Shown here: one piece after another, positions 36,001-49,489 of the stretch
Position numbering within the stretch: position 1 is the first letter of the stretch
Layout: each line of letters opens with the position of its first letter
NCBI GenBank assembly: GCA_030141605.1
Contig: JAQGDQ010002400.1
Location: forward strand, 1-64,000
DNA length: 64,000 bases
Direction: 5' to 3'
Origin: Tubiluchus corallicola
Lineage: Eukaryota > Animalia > Priapulida
Notes under the pieces: model-generated
Told to the model about the DNA's origin: nothing
Seen by the model: only the letters and a program-made list of their open reading frames with translations
Database searches by the model: none
Program-made: the position numbers and the translations under genes

Positions 36001-39000
36001 AATAATTGCGGGTTCATTTACTTATTAATTTAATATTTTGACGTGTTGAAAATTATAAATAAATTAATTAAGTGTTAAATTGTTATATCAATTATTCTAA
36101 TGATTATATCAGGAACTTGAAAAGATTGGCACAACGGTCCGCATGGCTGATATTGGCATCCAAACTATGCCCGATGGTCAACGAGTGCCGCTTCCACCGG
36201 TCATCCTTGGTCAGTTGGGAACTGATCCAAAGAAACACACTCTATGTGTGTATGGTCATCTGGATGTTCAACCTGCTAACATTGTAAGTACAAGTGCATG
36301 TTTTGTGCTATCATGAAAACGAATAAGTATTATATCATTACTGCCATTATTGTATCATTTTTGAGAAAAGTGTTGATACCATAAATATCCCCTACTGTCA
36401 TGCATATAGGTGGCATCTTTGGACTGTGTGCTAGGAGGAGGAAATGTCGGGCTTACTTTGTCATGTTGAAATAGTAGCTCAGCTGACAGAGCATGGGAGT
36501 ACTAACCCCAGGTCTCGGATTCAAATTCCGACTAGTCCACAATTTTTCAGTGTCTTCTTTCTCCAACTCATTACCCGTTTTGGGGAATAACTGTTAAAAA
36601 TATACTGCAGTGGTTTATAAACGCTCTGGCAATCACAGTGAATCTAACTAATTAGTGACATCGTTAATTGTCAGCTAATTTGAGAAAAATGTTGATACCG
36701 TAAATGTGCCCCTACTGTCGCTGGATTTAAAATCAAATTTTAACAGTGATCGGTAGTCCTTATTATCCATGGAAAACATTTCTTTATTTGGTAAAATTGA
36801 AGTTATCTATTCATTTTTAAGTTTCCTTTTTTTCACAACTAGTTTTAAAACTTGTCGATCTTCTTACATTCTACATGCTGCCACCTTTGTTATTTTGGTG
36901 AAAGTGACTGTTGATGCATAAAATATAAACGTTTCTACTTTTTTTATAATTAGTTGTAATAAAGTGAACATTAGTGACAAACTAGTGCCTTTTTGACATT
37001 AGTGACGAACTAGTCTTGTCGTCATTTTGTTCTGTTGGTATGTGTAGGTAGAGTTGCATTGACTTATTGTTATTTTGCAGTCTGATGGATGGGATACTGA
37101 ACCATTTGTGTTGACAACTAAAGATGGTAAAATGTATGGTAGAGGTGCAACTGATGACAAGGTAAAATCAAAATATTATATTGCATTGCATTACATTACA
37201 TTATATTATAAAAAATATAATAAATAAGATTAGGTACCTACAATTGTGAGTAAAGTTCGTCATTGCATGATACATTCTGTGCTGTGCATCGCAACTTTTT
37301 CACATTTTTGCTGTCTCTGATTGATTTAATTTTAAAATTTAATAATTGTGGGTTCATTCATAATACAAATAATTATGTGCCAATAGGGATGTTAAACGAT
37401 AGAAATTTGGTGATACGATAACGATACACTACAATACTTCTTTCAAAGGATGCGATAACGATCATCTGTTTTTTAGATGATACGATACAATAAGATAAAT
37501 TATTTCGAACAATAAAAACGATTAGACAATTTGTGCAACAACAGACAAAATATCATTAATAATTAAAATTATTAAGTGTTTCAGTGTGTTCAGTGCAGTG
37601 TACTTAAATCGCTGCTAGTTATGAAATAATGAAGTTTGTTTGTCATAATGATTCATAAATAAGCAAGCTGCGACAGACAAACATATTACTACGACAAAAA
37701 TATTTATCTATTCGAAGCAGCACATGACCGGGAAAGTGGCACTAAAAATATGGTACAGTGCATTTGGCATCTGCACGTTAGTATGAAAGTGTATAAAAGG
37801 GTCACTCTCTATACTTTGTCAGTTTGAATCAGAATGAAGATAGCTGTTATTGCCAGGCGAAAGTACAAGAAAATGATTCAGAGTCTGACAAACTTATAAT
37901 TTTAAATGACTCTTTTTGTCCACTTTTTGTCATAGTTACTGTGAAGAAATAGACAAGAAAAGTAAAGCGATTTTATACAGGCCAAATTCGATATGATACC
38001 GACATTCCTAGAATAATATTGATACGATAACGATAAAAACAATTGTTTTGTATCGATACGATAATCAATAACTATCGATGCAATAATTATTGATATGTAT
38101 TGTTATCGTTAACATCCCTAAGTGCCAATAGAGTCTTCTAGGCTGTAAAATAATTAATTACAAAACTAAACGTAGTTAGTTAGTTAGTAATAAGAAGTTT
38201 GAATAAACTAACACCGAATTATGCCTTGGTTGACCAACTGTCTATCTTAATCATGTGCTACCTAATGTTCTAAACCACTAGATTTGTATACTTGGGTCCT
38301 TGGTTCAACTCCTTGCTCGGTCGCCGACATTTTTTTCGTTTGTAATCTTTATGTTTCAAAATTTATAAGTGTGATTTCATTTCTTCCTATTCTTTACATT
38401 AAGGTTATAACAACTTAATGCACAAGAAAAATCTTCACTTACGTGAACTTGAAAATTCGTCTTGGAATTTTGTACCTCTTACATGCGATTTTATTGTTAG
38501 CAGTAACCACATATGAAACTTGAAAACTTAAACTCCCGCTATGGCTGTTAGGTGCAGTTGTTTTGACGGTAGGTTGTTTGAAACAAGTTTAGATAATATT
38601 GTATAATGTTTGAAAAAAGAATCAGCGCCATTTGTAGCACACTCTTCACTGACTAAGCAAAATTACTGCATCTTGTCAATAAAATTAAAAATAGTTTTTT
38701 TGGTGACTGAGTGGTGCACATTGGTGAGTCAACAACATTACCAATTCACACAAAGATTTTAAATTAAGAATTTTCTTTTCTAGTTCCATACTGTTTGAAG
38801 TAGGTAAGCGAAAAGCTAAGTAATATAGCTTTGCATGGACAGTTTTGTGATATAGTTTAACATTGTCTTTTCTAGGATTTATGTTATGTTATGGATATTT
38901 GACATCATGTAACTGTGAGGTCGGAGCAGTATTGCTGGAGAATTAACACGAAAACAAACAAAAATTCCTTTTAATGCGAGTACAACATACACTTAAAGTT

Positions 39001-42000
39001 GTTTTAAACTAATATAGTTTTTAAGGCTATTTTTGGGTAAAAAATTAATCAGTGTGACTGTTCTAGGGTCCTGTTTTGTGCTGGTTGAATGTTATTGAAG
39101 CATATCAAGCAAAGGGTCTAGATTTGCCAGTCAACTTCAAGTTTGTCTTTGAAGGAATGGAGGAGTCTGGCTCTGAGGGACTTGACGAGCTTCTTATTGC
39201 TGAGAAAGATAAATTCTTCAAGGTACTCTTGCTTTGTTGTACAAATTTTTTATTTCTGAGATTGCTATTCTTTCTGCACTATTTGTTTTAGAGCCTGTAA
39301 TTTTGTTTTTCACCCAAATTTTGTGAGAATCCAGTTATAGTACTGCTGTGTATGCCCCACTTCCTGAATGTGAATGATGATAAGCAAAACATGTTCCTGA
39401 AATTAGTTGGTAATGCCTGAGGACTTTATTTCTTGGATTATGATTTTGCCAATAAAGTTACTACACCTTGGGCTAGATTTAATGGAAAATGAGCAATTAT
39501 AGCCCATATCTTATTTTGATCTATAGACTAAAATATACAAACTGTTTTCTGTAATGTCTGCCATAAGGATACTGATAATTAAACAATTATTAACTGAAAC
39601 AAATCAGTGCCCTGTGAGTCTCTAACTTTCTTAATGTGTTTTTGAAAGCAAATAGCAAAATACGGTACTGCTGTTTAACATTGACATTGAAACAGTTAAA
39701 CAAATTTTAAACTCTCAAAGTTCAAGTTTATCATTGTTACTATGTGTGTTTTCATGTTATGACAGGGTTGTGTTTTGCTTATTCAGTGTAAATGCTTACT
39801 TTTGCACAATGCATTTCCGACTGTTAGTCACTGTAGCCAATCTTACGTGTGGTAAAGTGCATGCAACAATGAAAAGTTAAAGAATTAGGCTTCTGGGGTA
39901 ATAATTTGTTTTTGTAAGCTTTCTTACAAAAATAATAATTTGCTTTTCAGTTATCCAAAATACGTCCAAAAATTATTCAGCTATAGTGCTAAATTGGGTA
40001 TTACTGTGTCATCCACAGAAACCATTCCTCTAAATTAACTCATAACCCATTAACTCGTCCTAGTGCATGCATTTGTAAAAGAGACGCATATCGCTGCATG
40101 GCCTAGCTGTAAATCTCCACCCAAACTCTGCTAGGAGGTTTTTTCTACATGGTGTTTCAACAATGAGCAAGAGACAGCTACTTTGGAGGTTCTTCACCTG
40201 CCGTTTGTAGTGGTACACCGTGTGTTATGACCCGCCTGCCGATTTTAATTTAAGCGTCAGGTTGGCTTCTCACCTGTGTTCTGTACTTGCTTTTGACCTA
40301 GTTAGGGAGTTGTTATTGAGGTGGAAGTAATGTCGGCTGCTCAGGATGACAGCCCTGATGTTTTGTTTTTGTTAATGTGTGTTTACTGGCAATAAAAATG
40401 AAGTAATGTCGCAAATGCATCTCCGTTTATTCACCATGTTTTGTGTAACCAATTCCAACTCATAACAAAGTGGGGGCTCGAAGCCGGAATGAATCAACCG
40501 ACGAGTTGCAATGAATTTCGTCTGGACGCTTTTCGTTTTAATTACTGTGCAACGTCACGATGAATTTTTTTTCTGTTGATGCTAAAGCTTCTTGATTCGA
40601 CGGTTAATAAAGCTGACAATGGAGAAACTGTAAGTTACGGCTCATTTTTCTACACAGTAACTGTTTGACGTCGTCTGATTTATCATCATATCAAGTATGA
40701 ACTGTTTCTGTCTGTTCGTCTGTCAGTGTCTGGAAATATTCGCATATTCGCTCATTGGAAAATTCCGAATTATTGAGAAATGCTGCTAACATGCGGAAGT
40801 ATACAAACTTCATACTAATATATAGCATCTCTAAAGTACATGAGAAATGTGTAGAGGTCACGAAGTTCTGTTGCTACAAGTGAACTATGAATAATGTTTC
40901 CACAAACGTTATACTCGAATTCAGGATTATGCTTTTGTGAATTTCTGGGTAAAAACGAGACAAATTTCATTCTGCTTTGCGGGAATACTGCATAAAATAC
41001 TGTGGGTAACAATCGTCTGTATTTGCTGGAACTGAGCCAAGTAGCTGCGTTAGACTAGGGATAACGACCTTGAGGCTACAAGCGTGTATGTATAGGTCGG
41101 GGGCTACTGTCAAATCGTCGCAGGTATATCTACAGAGTAGTACAAGCTACACCGAAACTCGTATCACGTGAGGAAGCCAGCTAGACAAGCAGTGCATTGA
41201 TCAGAGATATTTCCACACAAGTACTGCAGTAGTAAAGGAAAAAAACGGATGATATTTATTGGACTCATTGATTTTGTTTTAAAGCAGTTTGATGAACAAT
41301 TTGCAATCTTGTTAATTATCACCTAACGCTTTCTTTTACTAGGCTAATTGCACTACTATTGTTACGCTTACGTGTGCTCCCCCACGGATAACTTGCCCAA
41401 GGGGTGCCTAATCGGTATTGTTGAAAGTTAAGTATTGTACAGTACGTTGTGTAGCTAGTTGGTAGGCTTGTCTCATAAAGTTATATTGTAGTAATTGTAC
41501 TAATTACTGAACTATGGCGACATTTGACCCAGAAATGTTTTGGAAAGGGGGCTTGGTAACCTTGCCCAGATTAGATAAACTCACAAAAGACAATTTACTT
41601 GCCCTGGCCGATTACCTGAATATTGAGTTGCCCACTAGTGCTGGAAAAGCAAAAATTATTGAAATTCTCGGGAACCCAGAAATTTTGAAAACAGCTAGAC
41701 CACGTGAAGGGGAGAAATCTGTAATTAGTAAATCTCCTCATATTCCTGTGCATACTCCCACTAGAACAGATAGGAATGAACTTGAGTTAGCAAAAATTGC
41801 ACTCGAACGTGAAAGGATGGAACTTGAAAAATTAAGGTTGGAATATCAGGACAAAGAAAGGCAAAGAGATATGGAGTACAACGTTAAGATGAAAGAGCTA
41901 GAATTGTTAACAGCATCCACTAATTTGGGGGCTCAGCAAGCCAATAACCAAACTTTTGATGTTATAAAAAACATTCGCCTTGTACCTAAATTTAGTGAAA

Positions 42001-45000
42001 CAGATGTTGAAACATTTTTTCTAACCTTTGAGAAAATTGCCAACAATCTTAAATGGCCAAAAGCTCATTGGCCTGTGTTGTTACAAAGCAGTTTTACAGG
42101 CAAAGCACAGGAGATTTACTCTTCTCTACCCTCCACTCAGAGTTCAAATTATGAACAATTGAAATCCGCTGTGCTAAAGGCATATGAATTAGTACCAGAA
42201 GCCTATCGCCAACGATTTAGGAACAGTCGGAAAGGGTCAAATCAAACTTATGTCGAGTTTGCAAGAAATAAAGAAGTTATGTTAGACAGATGGTGTCGTT
42301 CATTAAACGTTGGGGAATCTTATGAAAAACTAAGACAAATGGTTTTACTGGAAGATTTTAAAAGCAGTATCCCTATGCAGATCAAAACGCATTTGGAGAA
42401 TCAAAAGGTAGACTCTTTGCAAAAAGCGTCTGTTATGGCAGATGATTATGAATTAGCAAATAAAACTAATTTTAAATCTGTACAGTGCACCTATTGTAAC
42501 AAAAAAGGTCATGTTAAAACAGACTGCTTCAAATTTCTAGAAAAAGAAAAAACTGCTCATTCAGAAACTATAAGCTCTAAAGGAGGCCGCCACCAAGATA
42601 ATAAAGATGCATCGGGAGGAGGCTATGCACGTGATGGGCCTACATGTGCATATTGCCGCAAGAAAGGGCATCTCAGATCAGAGTGTCGGATTCTCTTACG
42701 ACAAAAGCAGCGAGCCGGCTCTCCAGTTGCTTTTGCCCACAACTCTTCAAAAGAAGATACCTATAGCAGTTTCCTATCGTCAGGTAAAGTGTCGCCAGTG
42801 TCGTCTGTGGACACAATTAAACCTGTTACAATTTTACGAGACACAGGAGCTGCTCAGTCACTATTATTACAGGGTGTAATCCCTCTTGATGAAACTTCTT
42901 ATACAAATGCTAGCGCTTTAATTCAAGGTATTGAAGGAGGATACATAGATGTACCACTTCACAGAATCAACTTGAATTCGGACTATGTTAAAGGTCCCGT
43001 GACAGTAGGAATTGTTTCTCACATTCCAGTAGATGGAGTGTCCCTATTACTTGGCAATGATGTTGCTGGGGATGAGGTTATAACCGCTACATCTATTGTC
43101 ACTCCTGAGCCAAAAATGGATGCGGAAACTGAAATTCTTGAAGAAATGCATCCTGGAATTTTTCCTGCTTGTGTTGTAACAAGATCACAGGCTCAGATTA
43201 ACAAAGATAGCAGCTCAGAACAAGTGGATGACAAAGATAGTTCACCACCGTCTACCTTCCCAAGAGAGAACCAAAGTGGTTCGATGGCTTTAAGCCACAC
43301 GTTTGCCGCACAGATGGATAAAAATTCACCAACATTATCTCTGAAACAAGAGGAACTTATTAAGGCACAGACAAATGATCCCTCTCTTAACAAGCTCTTT
43401 TCTCTAGTCATGTCACAAGAGGAAATTGACAATGTTTCAGAAGGCTACTACATGCAGTCTAAAGTACTCATGAGAAAGTGGAGACCACCAGATGCTCCTG
43501 CAGATGAAGATTGGCGTGTACACCACCAAATTGTAGTACCACAACGTTACCGTAAAGAACTAATGAAGATAGCCCATGAATTGCCATTAGCCGGACACAC
43601 TGGTGTTAAGAAGACGCAAGATAAAATTTTACAACACTTTTTTTGGCCAAAGTTGAGAAAAGATGTTTCTCAATTTTGTAAAACTTGTCATGTGTGCCAA
43701 ATGGTGGGCAAACCAAACCAGAAAATTCCTATAGCTCCACTTAATCCACTTCCAGTATTTGAGGAACCATTCAGCAGAATCCTAATTGACTGTGTAGGGC
43801 CGCTGCCGAAAACCAAGTCAGGATATCAGTATCTTCTTACTATTATGGATCTGACGACGAGGTTTCCAGAAGCTATACCTTTAAAGGAGATGACAACTGC
43901 AGCAGTAGTTGATGCTTTGCTGAAGTTCTTTACACAGTTTGGCTATGCAACATTTCGAGATTTATGTTACTTGTAATCACTCACCCACTGTTGTATTTAC
44001 GGACCATAATCCATTGACATTTTTACACAGATTCAGAAATAAGAATCAACGTTTATTGCGATGGAGTCTGTTCCTCCAACAGTATGATTTAGTTATTGTA
44101 CATGTCAAGGGTAAAGACAATGTGTTAGCGGACACCTTATCAAGATACTGTTTAAAGTAAACCTAAACAAAAAACAGTTTTTTTTCTTATGGGGGGTGAG
44201 ATGTTATGACCCGCCTGCCGATTTTAATTTAAGCGTCAGGTTGGCTTCTCACCTGTGTTCTGTACTTGCTTTTGACCTAGTTAGGGAGTTGTTATTGAGG
44301 TGGAAGTAATGTCGGCTGCTCAGGATGACAGCCCTGATGTTTTGTTTTTGTTAATGTGTGTTTACTGGCAATAAAAATGAAGTAATGTCGCAAATGCATC
44401 TCCGTTTATTCACCATGTTTTGTGTAACCAATTCCAACTCATAACACGTGTCATAGAACCTGGTTCTGGCTCTGCTTAATGGAGTCTTAGAGGGAAGTTT
44501 ATAACTCTTTGGAAAGAAGAAAAACCGCGTAGTTTTTTGAAAAGAGGAAAAACCGGACTACACGATGATTTGGCTCGCTTTGACTATTACCTCAGTCGCA
44601 TGGAAAAAATACGAGTTAGTTTTAGGAACTTTTTTTCTGAATGTCGTAAGACCCAGTATTTTATCAACATTTCATAGCTTTTGGAGTTTTATACAGTTTC
44701 GTGCTTTCAGGGCACTGATTTCGTGTGCATATCAGATAACTATTGGCTAGGAAAGAAGAAACCGTGCATAACGTATGGACTCAGGTAAAAATATGTTTTT
44801 AATTTTATTAGTCTTAAGTTGCTCTTGCTATCATGCAGAATCGATTTGAATGACATGCAATTAGTGAATTAAGTATGGTTTTCGACTGGGTACAGTTGCA
44901 TGGTAAATAATTTAATGAAAATTTGCATTAGAAGCCAAATCGTAGAATTAGCAAATTTATAGCTATCGTATTAGATGAATGCAGTATATCGTAATAATTT

Positions 45001-48000
45001 TCACCAGCAAATTCATAGAAGTGTTCGCCTATGATGTACAATAAGATGAATAAGAAAGGTATTTTTCACAGTTGCTTAAGAAAGTGTAGAAATTTATCAT
45101 TTTGCAGTTTCCTTTTGTTCATGAAAACTTGCACACTAGTTGACCGTCAACATTAATTTACAGACTTGATAATCTGAACCGTTTTTCACTCTTTATTGCA
45201 GAGGTATCTGCTATTTCTTTGTGGAGATTCAATGCGCAAAGAAGGATTTGCACTCTGGTACTTTTGGTGGAACTGTGTAAGTATTGATTGATTTATTACC
45301 ATTTATTTCAGTATAAAAAAGTCATAAAAACATACAATTAAAATTTACAGTCATAAAAACATACAATTAAAATTTACAATGATTAAAAACTACACTAAAA
45401 TACCAGAGTTACTATATACAAAATGAAACTAAGAACGTATAAAATTTTGCAATTATATAAATAATATAAAATATTATAATATTACAATGTTTTGCATTTT
45501 TACAATGTTATCACGAAGTTAAAAAATTTCAAAATGATAAATAAGTTATCATACCTGAAAGATATCGATATGTTTTGTTTTGTATTAACAAAAAGTGCAT
45601 AACTTTCTTTTATTTGTATATATGTCTATGTTTGGAACACTATATTGCTTTGCTACCGTTTGTAATTTGCTTGAAGTCATCGTCATCAGCACCTTCATGG
45701 CTATTATTGTTATTGTTTATTTTAGACATGAAGCCATGGTTGATTTAGTTCACCTGATGAGCTCACTGATCGACATGTCTGGAAAAATCTTAATACCTGG
45801 AATAAACGAAGCCGTTGCCCCGGTTACTGCGGAAGAACTGAAAATATACGACCAAATAGATTTTGATCATGTAGGTTGATGAGCGCAGTTTTTATAGTTG
45901 CATTGTGCAGTATGATTGGTGATGGTTATGGCAGTTTTACAGGTAACATTATGTAAAGCCTGTTTTACATTTGTATGATATCTGACAGAAAAAATTTAGA
46001 ATCTTTGAACAAAGCTTCACAAATGTGACGCCCTTTGGATTGTGTGCTGTAAGAAGGAAATCTTGGGCCTGTTATGTCATGTTGAATGGTAGCTCAGCTG
46101 GCACAGCATAGAAGTACTAATCCCATGTCTCGGGATCAAATCCCGACTAGTCCACAATTTTTCAGCGTCTCCTTTTTTCTCCACCTCATTGTACCCAATA
46201 GGTAATAATTAAAATAAACCGCAATGGTTAGTAAGCATTCTGGGAATCACTGTCATAATATAATTAATTAATGAAAGTTTCACAAATCTTGAATTAATAC
46301 GAGACTCATTCTAGTTTATGTTTAATGTCAGAGAAGTATAAAAGCTATTTGGCACCATACCTAATTTTAAATGTGCGTAAAGCAGACCTTACTTGTACTT
46401 GTTAGATTAACTAACAGTTCTAGTACGTGGAAAGTACTTTACATCTAAACCTTTGATGTTAATGCCAGTGTCTTGATAGAGGCTGGTAAACGCATTTTCA
46501 GCTGCAAAGCTGTCAAGATTTATTGCCCGATTAATGTGTTATAGGTTGATTATTGCAAAGACATTGGAGCAAAACGTTTACTTAGACACGACAAAGCCAA
46601 AGCCCTAATGGCAAGATGGAGGTACCCTTCCTTGTCAATACATGGTATGTTCTTTTTTGCATTTCCCCGTTGCTGTTGCACTTAGAACACTTTTTCTTTC
46701 GCTATTTTTTCTACAAAACAAAAAACAACATTAAAATGAACTCATGGGCTTAGAAAGCAAGTTGATGCGTTTGCAAGCTTTTTTGTTCTTATTTGAATGT
46801 ATGCTTTTCTCAACAATGACGAGGACGATATTGCTAGTGGCGTGGTTGTGGCTCAGATGGCCTCCATGGTTTGGTACTTGCGTTAGGCAGTATCGTTCAT
46901 AAATTTTGGCTGTTTTCCTCATAGCGGGGGATGTACATTAGATCAAATGTAACTGAGATGCTTCTGCTGGTTCAGTGGCTCTTCTTGGTGGGAAATTCTT
47001 GATAATTATCCGATCATGCTGATTATTGTGTACTCCCTCCGTTTGAGTGTTTTCTTATCTGTCTTTGTGCCAGAATGTATGAAAAATGACTCTTGTAATT
47101 AATGCAATTTTTGGATGTGCAGCTCCACCTATACATACAGTGATTCTAAAGCCAAAACAGTTTTTATTCAAATGTTGTACTTGCCTAGCGATTATTTTTG
47201 CAATTTTATTAGTGCAAGACAAAATTTTCTGTTTAATAATTACGTTTATTTAAATTTTTTGAAGGAGTCGAAGGAGCATTCTATGAACCCGGTTCGAAAA
47301 CCGTTATCCCTAGGACAGTCATCGGCAAGTTCAGTATTAGGTTGGTTCCAAACATGGATCCCAACAAAGTTGCGGAACAAGTAGCCGAATACTTGACCAA
47401 AAAGCATGCTGAGAATGGTAGTCCTAACACTCTAAAGTAAGCTTCGTTTGTGTGTCCAGTGGTGTAACTACTACTAACAGTCGCGGTTGTCCCAGAAAGG
47501 GATCCCTAGAGATTAATAGATTAATTGTAAATTTTTTAAATTCTTTATAGAAAGAACAGTGTCCGCTTCAAAAACAATCTACTGTATGATAATTTTTGTT
47601 ACATTTTTCAGTAAAATTCAACATTTCCACTGCACTGTAGCTGTCATCGTCAAATATTTTACGAGCATAGTTGGTTAAGTATTAATGAATTATCTATGTT
47701 GACTCAGACATTCAAAATGAATGAGAAGTAAGAAATATACCATCCATGGGTCACTTGCTACCCTTTGAAAGGGTATAGAGGCTAATATAATGAGGCCAAC
47801 TAGTTTGCAGTAGGTGCCTATTATTGCTGTTAGATTAAAAAATATGGCAATTTTACACTTTATTGAACTCTTCTACAATAAAATTGCCTGTGCAGACAGT
47901 AAAATTTCTACCGTAAAAATAAAAACATGCATAACAGTAAATTTTTTGTATACTATTTTATGTATTAGAAGTATTGTATACTATTTTGTGTATTAGTAGT

Positions 48001-48056
48001 ATTTGTTGCTAGAGGTATTCAATAACATTCCTATTCATTCTTACATTAGGCTAACT

Positions 48057-48088
<32 letters not shown>

Positions 48089-49410
48089 AGATAATGTTTA
48101 TTTTCATCGGTATGATATAAAACAGTACATATTTGTAAAACATGAGCTTAAAGCTCGTAAACCGATATCGAACACAATGAGTATATGAGTGATAACATGG
48201 TAATAATACGTACTTCTTAAAATCTTTTGGATGCCACCAGAGGTATTGGTACAAGAAAAAATTTATAACTACATGAAGACAGTAAAAAATTGAGACAGTA
48301 AAATTTTAGACAGTAACATTTTCTAAAATTTACACAAAACGGTTACTGGCAGCATTAATGTTTGTTTGCAGGCTTGCTGCTACAAGTGCTACTGTCAGTG
48401 ATAACATTATAATCTGCCACTATCACTAAATGTCACTGAATATTACGATGCGAACGAATTTTTTTAGTTAAAATTCGATTGGAACCTAAAATTATGGATT
48501 CAAGTAATTCAACACTTTGACTACATGCATTCTTTAGCATTAAAACGTTTGAAACATCATGCAATTTAGCTGCGATTTATGTGCACAATATTTCAAACAA
48601 ATTACTAGTATTTTTACCGGAGAACAAAATCAAGCAATATGCATGATCTTTGTGAGACCGCTTTTTATAAATGATTCAAGAATTTATTCGAAGGTCTTTA
48701 AAACCGAATTCAAATTTGAAACCTCAAAGTTCAGTTTAGTTTGAGTTCGAAAGTCACAAATTTGATTTGAATCGAATTCGCTTTCTGGTAGAGAATGCTC
48801 ACACCTAAGGAATGTATGTTGTCATGCAAATAAAGGAAATAAACTCTGTTTAAATATGTACTATTAAATAACTAGGAATTATGTTTCATTATATTGTGTA
48901 AAGACTAACTAAAAACTGAGCAGTGGTCTATATAATGTCTATCAATAATTGTTTAAGCAATTGATAATTGTGCAATCTTCTGCTTGCAGAAGTTAACAAT
49001 TAAAAAAATAAAAAAATTTAGAGAAAGTATTTTTAACTATTTTAAACATGCAATGCTATGCTGAACTCCCAGAAATGTACTTCCCCGGTTTAGCGCAATG
49101 ACCAGCGGTTTTTACATATTCTTCAGCTGCTTCGTGCAAATTTAACAGGCTGTTGACCTGTTGTTTTTTGCAGGGTCACGATGGGTCATGGAGGTCGACC
49201 GTGGGTTTCAGATTTCAACCATCCCAACTACGTTGCAGGCAGAAATGCAATAAAGAAAGGTTGGGAAGCATTGTTGTACTGCTGCTACATTTGATTTTAG
49301 AATTATAAGCATGAGTTTGTTGCTTGCATCCACAATGAGATGATAGTGATTGTGAAATTTCATGCTTTTTATTCTCCGTACTTTTATCTCATTTTAAATT
49401 ATTATTATTA

Positions 49411-49489
<79 letters not shown>

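Larger units (their letters stand above)
40223..44446 (+). mobile_element. Gmr1-like Ty3/Gypsy LTR retrotransposon, internally deleted (non-autonomous), in CNDP2 intron 5
   Basis: Two 245-bp LTRs identical by eye, with TGTTATGA...TCATAACA termini; 4-bp TSD CGTG (40219-40222 / 44447-44450); PBS TGGGGGCTCG at 40471; PPT GGGGGGTGAGA at 44191-44201; integrase directly follows protease. Confidence 0.95.

Noticed and set aside
36470-36545. Functional tRNA gene
   Set aside because: Acceptor stem and boxes are degenerate, and it sits inside a TSD-flanked dispersed repeat.
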